Origin: Ophelia neglecta
Taxonomy: Eukaryota
DNA: 64,000 nucleotides
Reading direction: 5' to 3'
Assembly (NCBI GenBank): GCA_965285935.1
Contig: OZ260663.1
Coordinates: 26,970,001-27,034,000, forward strand
Notes under the pieces: model-generated
What the model saw: only the letters and a program-made list of their open reading frames with translations
Told to the model about the DNA's origin: nothing
Database searches by the model: none
In this document: in pieces, positions 24,592-37,300 of the stretch
Position numbering within the stretch: position 1 is the first letter of the stretch
Layout: each line of letters opens with the position of its first letter
Made by a program: the position numbers and the translations under genes

Positions 24592-27500
24592 TTACCTAAT
24601 AACAAGAGCGAACACTGCTTTTTACCCGGATGGTTCTTTGATTATTTTAAGGGGGAGACAGAAGTCACCCTGATTTGGACGCGAGTCGTTTATTCATTAT
24701 TTTAAGATGGCCCCTATTTGAAGGACCTCTAATTAATATGTTACCACAGGAAGAACCAGATATTTTGGTAATAGATCGATAATTATTCCAAACACTTCTC
24801 ATTGATATGAAATTAGTCTTAATCCGAATAGAGCGAAATTATTGACTGGATCTAAAGAAGCGGGTTAAATTAATTATATAAGCTGTTTAATTGCCGTGTA
24901 AAACAACTCAAAAATGTTCCCTGAACCAGTATGCAGGAAAACTAATGTAATGGCCCTTTTATTTCCACTCTAGCGGACTTGCAAGTGTCCATCTTTTCCT
25001 GCAATCCTGTCCTCATAAATATACATTTTGTTCGTCTCTGGAACTTCCTGCTAGTGTCAACATAAGTTATTTACAACCAGTTATTCACCTGAGTTCATGC
25101 TGAAGTGCTCACCAAAGATCCAGCCTGTCGACAGGTTAATGATAGGTATGTTCAAACGATACTTGTAATGTTTTATGTCAAAGTCTTATATGAAATGCAT
25201 CCAGGTTTAATTTCATTGGCTTGTTGTTATTGGTAGACATGTGATTGTAATGTTTGCTATTGCATTCGTGCCCTAGAGTTGCACTGAACAGGTCTGTTAA
25301 TTTTCATCGTTATCTTTATCAACTTCGGCAAGTAATCGGCACCCCAATCATTAAAAAAAATCGGGACATAAAGACAATGTTCCAATAAGCCATTGATATT
25401 GGCCCAATTTAGACTTTTAAGTAGTGAAAATGGATATTTATGCTCTCGTAGCATCCGGAAGGGGCATCTGAGACTGAAATAAAGACACCATAGTCTTTAG
25501 AGAAATAATGAGAAAGCTACCTTTCTTGCATTCTAAGTACCTTTTTCAAGAAGTCAAGAGGATTGGGTAGCAACTTGCCTAGAAAATAACCAACATGAGC
25601 TGTCTGACCTGAAGCCAATCGTCAGTCATTTAAATATTGCTCGTTAGTCCAATGAATTAGTATCAGACAAAAGACCAACAATAGAACAGAAAGATTTGCC
25701 ACAGACACTTTCTTGGTACATTTTGATTTGATAGAATTTTGAATCATTTTAATGCCACTTATCCTATCTGCATAATACGCCTTTAAGGACAGTCTGTCTA
25801 TCTTGACCAGTCCCTGTTGCTTACCCAATAAAAGTGTTGATAATATCTGTTAATTTGTAAACCTGGTTATTAACCTCAAGATACTCACTTTAATCAAGAA
25901 GTTCAGTACTAAAGGAAATTACATTATTCATTGTATCCGCAAATAATTTCTTTTCGGATACATCTGGGTTTTTTTCAGCTGAACCTAATTTGCCTGAATG
26001 TATTTGAAAAACTTACTAAGCAAATGAGAAGCAAACCCAACTGCTATGTCCTACTATGGAATAACTATTCATTTGTGTCTTGCGGAATTCCATACATATT
26101 TTACGTCTAGCACCAATTAATACTACTAAGTAATTTTTTACCAAATTAGGCACTTTTTGGACGAATTTAGACTGCTATAGCGGGAAATGACTTCTACAAA
26201 TGCTGAACGTCTCTTTGATTTTTCAAAACTCTACAATTGCTGGAAATCAGCATGCTTGTTCCAGTCATCAGGTGCCTAGTGGATGATTTACAAGGAGGTC
26301 CTAACACGTATCAATTTTGACATGGAAAATCGGGCATTTCATTGTTGGCGGGTTCACACACTTTGCCACCTTAAGTAGCACAACAGGTGATATAATATAA
26401 AGGCAATTTGAATACAGTCATGGTAACATTTTGCAAACAAGCAGAACAAATCATTTTCCTGCTAAAGATAGGTAGTTTTGGAATTTTTTGGCCCTTTCAA
26501 ATGGATGCCCACTCTTTTATTGTCACGATGATGTTGTCATGATCAGAAGGATGGCCGACCAAATAGTTTTGGATATAATGCATCCTGTATTCAATTCAAG
26601 TCATAAGAATATGTTTTTAATCATTAGTTATACATATGGGTTAATTTTCTCGTTTGTATATGCACATTTCCCATATACGAGGAAATGTGACAGGTACGGG
26701 CATTTTACACACAACTTGCACATTCAGGGCGTCATTTTTGTCTGGTTCAGGGATACGCCAAAACGTCTTAAACTCTCTAGTAACGTGGCGTATTACAGAT
26801 ATCAACTTTTTTCTCTCTACTATCTTAGTGCAAGCAAAAGCCAATTAGTATTTACTTCGGAAAAAACCGGCGAGGCTTAGTTTTGAGGTGGTGTTCATGA
26901 CAGACCTTATATTCAAGGAAATGCTACCCGCACCTATAGAATAAACCTTTAATAATAGTCCTTTGTTAAATCTGTTACTTCATCCGTGTTCCCCTCTGAG
27001 CCATTTGTGTGATTTATTATATGTTTTTATGCACTTGCAGCGAAATCTTCTTAAAAAAAACCGATATGTATGCTTATAGTACCATTAAAGTCAAACAATA
27101 CGTAGACTCCTCAATAATCAGACTAGTATTAACTTGTGTGCGCTTATTTTGGCTATTAAATTTTACTGATGAAATATCACTTGTATTTGAGATGTGTAAG
27201 GCTAAATATTTCTGAGCAGTATAGGCACATTTATATGCTCTTTTATACCAATATGATATTACTAGACCAATATGACATGGGCCCTGCAAAATCCCTGCAA
27301 AGTCACATAGCCGAGTCATCAGGTCTTTACAGTTTACAACCCTGTGCGGAATATTGAGGCTATTCGTTCTGTAATCCTTAAAATAATGAGGAGAGCTAAG
27401 ACAACCATGGACTCTCCTGGGACTTATTTCTTGTCTGAACACTGACTTGTCTGTTTCATACTCTGACTCGAATTATGCAAAAAGGGGACTACTTCTCATT

Positions 27501-28059
27501 GCAAGTGATATAAATGTATTGTCTCAATTTTTGGTTTGCATTACAAAACAGTGACCGTTTGGAAGAGGGGGTAGAGCTATGTTGGTTGGCCTGTGGCTGC
27601 CGGTTCCAGATGAGTTCGGACTGAGTTTATGGAGTGTTATTGATTTATTGTTGGCTGCCCTGCTAAACTCTGTCGTTTTTACCCATTCCTAACTGCATTG
27701 CGAATAGTCATCCGTTACAGTCAAGAGTATATATTCTACTCCCGGCAAATGAGCAGTCGATGGTTGCCATGAAAACTAATAGCGTTGTCAGGCATATATC
27801 GACATTGGCCCATGAGCAAATAATAAAACAATATATGTCAAAACAAAACAGGTCTGGTTTGAGGCTAATACGTTACGCCTACGCTAAATTTTATTCCATA
27901 AATTTTAGTGTTCCCGTCTTTTCGGTACAATTTTGTATCATAATCCAACCCTGGTTCATGAGAAAACATAAATATTACCAACATGTTATCAATTGTTATC
28001 CTTGTGAAAATATGGTCGTGCAGCTGCCCTCATGGATACACACTAGTGTCAATACACCA

Positions 28060-31000
28060 TCAGCATCTTGTCAACACAAGCTTGACAAATTCTAAAACAA
28101 TAAAAAAAAAACAATAAAATTTCATTTGAAATATGTAATACAACCAAGGGAGGTATCTGTAATATCCCACTTTCACATAGACAAGCTAGACAATTAAATT
28201 CATGACATTCATTACTTAATGGATTTTTGTGAGGTTATAGATGTAGGTGACTAGAATTTAATCGTCTGGGGAACTCGTAGTATTTTAATCAGTAGCATTA
28301 TCTGACCCAAGAACTATCTTACCATCAAAATCGATGGTTCCATCACCATCGTGATCCCCTTCGTCTATCATACCCTGTACATCCATACTGGTTAATTCCG
28401 AACCAGTCCTGCATAAAATCGTATTATATTATATTATTATTAAATACCCAGAAAGTGCATAATTTGACATTTCAAAAATACTACTCGACCAATTTTTTTT
28501 GCAGTATTGGATAATGTCATTTGAACACCCTAAGAAACAAAAGTTGGTTAAAACTTCTCCCATTTATATCAAATTTCTAGACAACAAATAGTTGACCTGA
28601 GGGGTGAATGAAGGTTACTTAGTTCAAGGTCATACAATGCTCATCAATAAGGTACAGCTATTTTATGTTTTATTGGTAGCTTTACACTTTCAGTAGTATG
28701 TCACTGACTTTTTTAATCACTTAAGTATTATCTGTGCTATTAAGCATAGGCCGTGCAAAAGTTGTTTCATTCTTGAAATTCTTTGTATGAAATTATAAAA
28801 TAGACCAAATTAAAGTTATCCTATATTCCATGTTTTTTTGTACTTGAGTTTTAAGTTTTAATAAATTTCTATATATTATATCAGACAACTTCCGTTTAAA
28901 AACATTCTTTCAATTCAGGATATACACATGCGTGCTGACCCATCGTTTGTGATATGCTTGGTCTGTTTAGTCATTTGTCGTATTACTTTGGTTTCGGAAC
29001 TCAGAGAGGGAGAATACGCATTTTATTGATTTATTTTTAGCACGCCACATCCCCGTGGCGAGCACTACTTGAGCATACTGGTACGTATGATCGTTCCAAT
29101 ATTCGCGAAAAGCAGGTATATTTTTCTCTTTTTTGCATGTCCTCGAAATCCTGGAAAAAGAGGCCTTTTTATAACACACTTCCGGAAATTAAAAAAGCGT
29201 CTTCTTTCAGCCTGATTCCAACAGGCAATAGGTCGCCAGGAGGTATCCATGCATGGTACTATTCATAATGTCAGTTTCTCTGCTTAAATCACTAGTTCAA
29301 AAGGAATTGATGTGCATTTCCTTTCCTAACCTAAAGACATTTGTCCTCTATGTTTTCTGGAGTGCCGGCCTAAGGGCCTACATCGCTGTGCTGGCAGCGG
29401 TAGCCATATCTGACCGTATTCGTGCCGCAATGGGTGTGATAAGTAGTGGCATGAATCATACCTTAGCATGGCTTTCGCCTTAATGACTTACGCAAATAAG
29501 ACATTGCCTTCATAAATATCATGGCCTATATATCTAATATGCATTACACATTGAGTCTCCTGAAAATGTACTGCAACCGTGTAGTTCATTTATTGGAGTA
29601 GTATGGCCAGATGCCATTCTTCGTGTTTGCGCTTAGCGGTATGGGTTACACATTCACAAACAAGTGCTGAGATGGAAGCCTACTATCAAACATACCAGAC
29701 CAACCCAAATAAACAAATGTTGGCTTCCTCAGTAAGTTATACGAGCTATATTGAACTTTAGCAAATATTTTCCTCGGACTAACGCATCCGGCAAATATCA
29801 ATTAATTCAGGCCTGTATAGCTAAATATAACGTCCTCAACAAGCCAATAATTAGTGATATTTATCGAATACTAGTGAATCCAGGTGAAATGAATAATTCT
29901 AAACCTGATCCTATAACCTTCTAATATGTTATATCTTGTAACCACAAGTGTTCACCTTTTAAAACGGTGCTAGTGGTCTGGGGGGGAGGTGTTAATCGGT
30001 ATGCCCCCCCCCCCCCCTAACTACGTCATTTAAACTCTGTCCTCTATACTTCCGGCTGAAATTATTCATGCGACCCCAATTTAAATTGCTTACTTTTTAA
30101 TCACTTCTCGCAAATCAAACTTAGTAATAAATCCATCTCCGTCGACATCCAGCGCTCTGAAAACCTCCACCAGATCTTCTTCTTTTTCTTCATTCTCTTG
30201 AATTATACTTACTAAACTGATGAACTCCGGAAACTCTATTTCTCCACTCCCTTGAAAAGTATTGAGTCGGGAGAAATAAGAAAACTATAATATCGCAGAA
30301 TGAAGTTATTCAGTATGGAGCAAATATAGGTAAGCAAATACTAGCTAAACAAATAAGTTGACTATGTTCCTATTAATTTCATGGTATTCCTACCGTCTTT
30401 ATCGTATTTCGCAAACAACATTTCCACCTCTTGTTCTGAAGGATCTTGTCCAAGAGATCGAAGCACCGTTATTACCTCGGCAACTGATATCACACCATTG
30501 GAATCTCGGTCAAACATCTTATAGGCTTCTTTGTATTCTGTTTTATATATACATATATGTGTGTGCTGCATAAATATGTTTCTAAATGAACAAAATCAAA
30601 ATAGTTCAAGTAAAACATTTGAAGACATTTTCAGAAAAAGAGTGAGTTCTCTCAGGAACACTTAAGTGGAAGTACGGAAATAGTTTAGTTCAAAAATTCA
30701 TTCTGTATATTTACCTGCTAGCTGCTTTTTAGTGAACTTCGCAAGCTAAATAGAATTATTAAGATATTGTTATATTGTGCTATTCATTCCTGCCAATGAT
30801 TAAGATGTTCTATTTCAAGTCACAAGGATAATATCGATATACTATCAAGTTTATTGGAAAGTTGAAATGGTGTTTGTAGTACTCACCAATTCAGGAGGCA
30901 TGAATCTGTCCTCATACCAACTATTCATAGTTTTTAACTTGCTTCGTACAATACCAGACTTTAAGCTTTTTAATTTTGCCGAAGCTTTCTTTTTAATCTC

Positions 31001-31117
31001 ATTTTTTTCCTGTACAACATTTAGATCAGATATCACATCGCGTTCCTCGTCAGATGTAGCCTCGCGTCCGTGACTGGTGCTGGGACCTTCCTCGATCTCA
31101 TTTAACACGTCTTCCAT
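28060..31117 (-). CDS. Calmodulin-like four-EF-hand protein with N-terminal extension, 226 aa; exons 31117-30887, 30745-30715, 30537-30394, 30250-30094, 28408-28323, 28091-28060
   Basis: All introns GT..AG with consistent phases (0,1,1,2,1); 231+31+144+157+86+32=681 nt. EF loops DRDSNGVISVAE, DKDGSGEIEFPE, DVDGDGFITKFD, DHDGDGTIDFDE; ends EFVKLVLTRC*. The link between exon 1 and exon 2 is inferred from phase and proximity. Confidence 0.9.
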
Positions 31118-33999
31118 GATTATTATAGAAAGCGTTCCCTGGTTCAGCAAAAATGTCTGACTATAAAGTGTAGCCTTTTTTACAATACTAATTAACTAGA
31201 GGCAATGTGATTTTTCGTCTGGATTGTCACCTCCACCAACTGATTTTCTTACATGTCCACCAGATTATCATACATGCTCTATATTCACACAGTTAACTCC
31301 AAACATTACTTGGTGGATAGACGATCCCAATTGAAATATTTATAATGTAGGTAATATCTAAACACAATCTGATTTAAACTAGATTATACATTCAATTATA
31401 AACAAGGTTTGATGTGAAACACATCAATCTGCACGACAACATAGTTGCTTATGGTTTGATAAACGTTGAATTTGAGTTATACTTATGTTAATAGGTTTAG
31501 TTCATTGAAAGGAAATATGGTGGACAGGCGCCAAGTACGTTCAAATGCCAGGGACTTCTATAGCCCTAGATTCGTTCTCGCCAGAGATTTGATATTGTGA
31601 CAATCTTACCCCGGCTGCGCTCAATACCGTCAGCCATGAACAAGGAGAGGAATTAATGTAATTCTGCCTAGCTTATCTGAAACCGATGTATGAAAAAAAG
31701 GCAATCGATTTAATAATTATTAACCAACTTCTGTGCAAATCACCACTTGTGTTGCATTACAACTAAGTTAATAGGCAAAAGCGGATTGAGGTTCATGGCC
31801 TATTAGAAATAATCATACATTGGTCCTTCAGGCGGCCAAAATAGATTAAACATCGACTTACAATTTCATGAAATTGTATTTAATATTTTATCACAATTGG
31901 ATTTGAACATACATAGATGTCATAGCGTATTGCTGACGTGTACATGATGCTAGTTACCACAGTTGCTTAATTTATTTCGCCGTCTTTTGAAATCGACCAA
32001 CCGTTCACTTCCGGTTTAAGGGCAGCGAGAAAACACTGCAAATGTTATGTCTTATATTCAATGTAATTGATGCATAGTAAGACAAAGGATGGTATTAATA
32101 GTAATATGTCTTGCACATAATATCTCATTTCCTCGATTGTGACCAATGACAGGGCGTGACTTTTCGTCGATGGGTTAAAAAAGCAGTAGCAGTCTTGTAG
32201 GTGGCTTTACAAGTCAATTCATATTAAAAAAAATTACTGGCCCGGTCTTTCATGTTTGCCTTTATGATCAGATAATAACGCTTTTGGCCGTGTGTGTGAG
32301 CTGCCAATTGGCTGGGCACGTTTACCTCGGTCATCAGACCGAAACTATAGTTACAATGGGCTGGCTATCTTATACAGTGTGCAATTCTTTGATGCCCAAC
32401 TGCCACTAACCATTGTAACCACCTACTGTCAACAACCATATAATATTTCCGCCAATTTGAGCATCTTTATACACAAACAGGAGATTTTATTTGTTTATTT
32501 AATTGAAAATCGGTGATAGAGCTTTCCAGATGGGGATATTTTACAAAATGCATATTATTACTTAGCATGAATCATAGGAGAAAACTGACGAAGGTCAAAT
32601 ATCATACTTACATAGACCTTTGAAAAGTAATATTGTAATACTCACCAGGTGAAACATAACATAAGTAACGTTACACCTGATTTACAATACCCGATCCCTC
32701 ATCGTGATTGACAAACATATTTAGTTACAAACGGGGCCTTCTCATTATATTGTCAAATGGGCAAACAAAATTAGATGTATATCTACGTTAGTCCTTGGAC
32801 CTAATATCGTAAAGTAGTTTAACAGTTTGCATGGCATGATTTTAGCAAGTGCCTGCTAGCAATTAAAGTAGTTAAAGTTTTACATTGGGAGGTATATGAC
32901 CGCCATATGAGTTACGCTGAAGCTTCTTTGGTATACTTACAATGCTACAACTATGCTACTCGACTCTTGAAGTCGCTATTTCGAGCGCATTTCGAAGATC
33001 CACATGACGCCGACCTTATGCTCCAACGTCTGATGAAATACTCAGTTATCTAACTATTATTGATATTGTCCTATACTACCCAGGTATCACCTGCGGAGGC
33101 TGAACCTCATTTGTGATTATCCAATGATCCCTTTTGAGGTTGAGAGGGGGTTCAAAGTGTCCACGGGGTCTTTCCTAAAGGTCACAGAAACGGTCTTTGA
33201 CACGATGGGGGTTGGTGTGTATAGTGAAGGGTGTTTTTGAAGCAAAGAGTATCTGATTAATAATGTATAATTGGCCGGTGGGTAAAAGGGGCTGAAATAA
33301 GGCAACCATATTTGCCAGTGGTCACCTCGCGAACAAAGATACTTGGCGACAGACCAACGCAGCGCCTCTGCCGTGCAAAGGCAGACAGCAGTAACTCTTC
33401 AAACTTACGCCTTTTCTGTTCACAAGTTGTAATTAATAAGTGGTGATAAAACAATTTTTGGGGTTCATTGGACACAAGGAAAGGCATTTTTCAAGTGTGA
33501 TAAAAAGCAGTTACTGATCAAAATCCGTGTGTGATGCAAAAGCAGAAGGCAATACATGTGGCCGTGCAAAGGCAAACTGCTTTTTAGATCAACTGTCTAC
33601 GTGAAAAAAGTAAATAAATAAAATGAGGCATTATCTATAAGCTTGACGTAATTTTTATTCTCGATATTTGTATAATAAAGATGATATTTCAACGAAGGAC
33701 TCCTTCGGTCATAACCAATGAGTAAAACTCAGCAGATGTTTATGTGTAAGAAATACGAACCCATTAAACGTCATACGTGCGAGCGTATACGGGCGGTAGA
33801 GGACACATAATGGACTATTGATTTCAATAGTCGGATTTTAAATACTCCACGTTGTTTTCGAACATAATCTTATTACACAAACCTCACACGACGGAATAAG
33901 TAAAAAGCGTTCCAAAACTGGGTTAAGGTGTTGGCATAGTTTAGTTGGAGGGAAGGGGGATGGCATTGGGGAGCGGGAGCAGGTGAATTCCTCTCCAAT

Positions 34000-34330
34000 C
34001 ATTACATATAATTCTTCAGAGATCACGTTCGTTTATCTGTGTGTTTTCCACTATACAAAGACTAGCTTGCTGTAAATGGTTAATAGTCAGAAGTGCCTGA
34101 GGTGTCTGGAAGGTTATAAATGTTGTCTTAATGTGTATGTATATCATCTGTATGCTGTATGTTTCCCTATTAAGGCCAAATTGTGAGTGAATACCCGGCA
34201 GAGATAAACAAACCAGGACTGCATCTGGCAAGCCTGAGTCTGGACGGAGCTCTCCTATTTGGCGATCAGAGAAACGATGAAAACTCAGAAAGCAAATCAA
34301 CATGACTTTTCATGGGAAGGACAAACTAAA
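34000..34330 (-). mobile_element. Possible decayed tyrosine recombinase of a Ngaro/DIRS-group retroelement
   Basis: *KVMLICFLSFHRFSD ... IHIKTTFITFQ..LLTI....SLCIV parallels the W...L..F.SFLR.SN / SKT.QF....IP / LCPV pattern of Ngaro-type recombinases. Confidence 0.4.
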
Positions 34331-37300
34331 TGTTTTAAGACTTCCGAAGAAGGAACTTGCAGGAATTCCCTGATTTGTGGCTTCCAGATCAAAAATACCT
34401 TAGTATGAGACAATTTCCCTTTGATATTTCGTTGGTATTAACATGGAAAAGATACTTTTCCCGATTTCTTTTGATTCGAAGCCACTGCCCGTAATAATAT
34501 GCCTATAAGAGGCAAAGGTACATTGACAAAGTTGGCTGGTGCGTTATGCTCCAATGATGTGAAGTTATTGTACCGTGCTCCATATCTCCATGGCTGCCAA
34601 GACCAGCCTCTTTGGCCGTGGTCGACAGAGGAGCCTGGGTGTAATTTTATCAGGAAATATCACTCTATTGAATGGACGGGCAAAAAGCAAACTAGAAATC
34701 AAAACTAAAACAATTTTTAGGCGGAAAATATATTTAACACTGGAAATAATCACTTAAGCACTATCAAGATCTCTACGCGGAGGATTCTTCATTTTCTTCA
34801 AGTTTTTGCAAAAGGGTATTGACAAAGCTATAGAATAGAAGCCGCATTATACATTGAAAAAAACACAAATTACCACATAAAACAGGTGTACATTCTATCT
34901 CGTGCCATGCTCGCATGATTTGAAGAATATGTATCTTTGTTAACTCTTCATACTTTTCTAGACCAGCTGCCTGGCATCTTCCAATGACGTGACAAAGGGA
35001 GTATTCTTCAAATTGCATTCTTCATTAGATATATCTTAAGGAGACTGAGTTGCGTAATTTCAATGTTATAAGTAAAACCACACTTCCTGCTGTGATCTTA
35101 ATTTTAAAGCTTCAAATTTGATTATGGCTAATTATACACCTTGACAGCGCTTGCGATATAGTGCACTTGCCACATTCTCATATTTCAAATAACGGTGCAA
35201 ACTGGGATTTAAGAAAGTTGACGGTCGTTGTTTTTGACGGCTAAATGCACACTGTCTAACGTCATATTTCAAATGCAGGTGTTATTCCAAAAACATCGCC
35301 ATTTAATTTGTTAAATGAAGGAGAGTTGTACATAGGTCAAATCATTAGTTCACAGTTAGGAACACAAACGACTTATATTCGTTCAATGTTCAATACAATA
35401 ATAATCATAGTGGCATCTTTCCGTCATTTATAGAACTAAAATAAAACCAAGGAAATTACAGAAGGTTGTAACAGCTGTACTTTAGACATGTTTTTTCCGC
35501 AAAGAAAATTTGTCTTTTTTTTTATTGGCAAACATGAAGATTTCTATTTTCCAATAATAAAATCTTCGAAAGCAATATTTGGCCTTCCCATAGGCAGCTG
35601 GTGCCCCTAGTATTGACAAAGGGGTATGAGCCAAGAAAGGGAAACTTCCATTGATCACATTTGGATAAATATCCAACAGTTATCTAAGAACACACATTCC
35701 TTGTAGACCTGAGGTATCGCATGAATCATCACATCAGGCCCAATGGAAAAAACAGGCCCGGTTTCCATGGTAACGACCTGCAAGAACAGTAATTTGCTCT
35801 GAAGTGTTTAACCTATATATCTGGGGTAACCCATTCACACATTTATATACAAGACACCCATTATTATAGTTATCATTGTCTTCAATATTAAATTATGTAT
35901 TATCAGTGGTTTCCATGCAACGGGAGCTCTAACCATGAAGCTAGGTGTCATTTTTTACCCACACTACCTAAATGGACTTCCCAGGCAAGTGTGATGACTT
36001 GTAGACACTTTCCCCTCTTATGACATTAAAAGGTGCACCTTTTCCAGCTGATTTATTTCAAATGCGGCCATCTTGGATTTTACCCATATTCAGGTAGTTT
36101 CCCTTGCCATATTTTGGGTTTTATTTTTATGTAGGGGTATGAATCATGTGAATCCTATCGAGAAACCTTTTTTACAATTATTTTGAATCTTTATTCCTGA
36201 TTCCTGATGAGTTCTCACTATTCTTGGATATCGGTTTTGCTTTTTCTGTATTTAACAGAAGAGGTATGTATAATTGGGTAATGTGTTTTAGAGTATATCA
36301 CAAGCTATTTGATAATAAATATATATGATTATATGCTCCCTATATGCATACCCTAAATATTTAGAATTATCTGATAATAAATTATCGATATTTTGTCGAT
36401 ATCTAATTACTGGTTGGTTTACCATAAGTTCATAATTCCCGAGTAAGGTATAAGAGGAAAAAAGGATACGCGTTTGTTGGTAGAAGATATGTTCTAAAAC
36501 TAATGAACTTCTTTCCTAGTAAAATGATATTTATTAACAGAACCACCTGTGACTGAATGCAAACAATCCTTATTTTCTGGAAAAGCCTTATAGATAAACT
36601 GTTTACTAATGTTAACATTTTGAAGCAGTAATAATTAGAGCCTGGTTGCCACAGTAAAGAATGCATAAAAGCACAGTACAGGTTTGCACGGCTAATTGGC
36701 CTCAAAGAAGCGCGCAGTCAGTACAGTTGTACTCAGAATTGTCCAATGGGCATGAAGTGGGAAAAATTGACAGTACACATGTGTGATTTTACAAGGTTTT
36801 ACACCTTCAGTTTCGTGGCTCCGGCAGTTGGCGCATTAAATGAGTCGCACTTGTATTACCGACCTCTGATAACATATGACAAGCATGACCTATATTTTCG
36901 ATTAGTTTTCCTTGGCAATACAACTAATTTTCAATGATGTGTGAATCGAATGCCACCTCGTGTGCTTTTAATCAAACGAGCTATGAAATCGGGGCTTCTC
37001 ATTGTATTGGTATAATGGTATTTGAAACTGAATTTGACGCATGTCCGGATTAATCTTTAATCTCCATTTAATCAGAAGCGACATAGTTTCATCAGGGATA
37101 CGCAAAGTCAAATCATATGACTAGTCTTTAGTGGCTGCTGCAGCAGCAGAGATCAATGAGCATCAGTGAGCGTCCGGGAGAAAACTGCTATTTGTTATCC
37201 TCAACTATTAGCTTTAATATATAAATAAGGTCGGAAGGGTGCAGCTGATAAAGTGCCCTTTATTTTGTTTAATAAAAATAATGCATGCTTTGGTACTACT

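Noticed and set aside
21900-26900. Additional very old LINE RT-like traces on the minus strand (~21900-23400 and ~25500-26900)
   Set aside because: Only isolated partial motifs (for example LPYES..LER, LFADT); too degenerate to delimit.
29980-30017. Poly-G/poly-C fold-back inside the calmodulin-like gene intron
   Set aside because: Simple low-complexity homopolymers.
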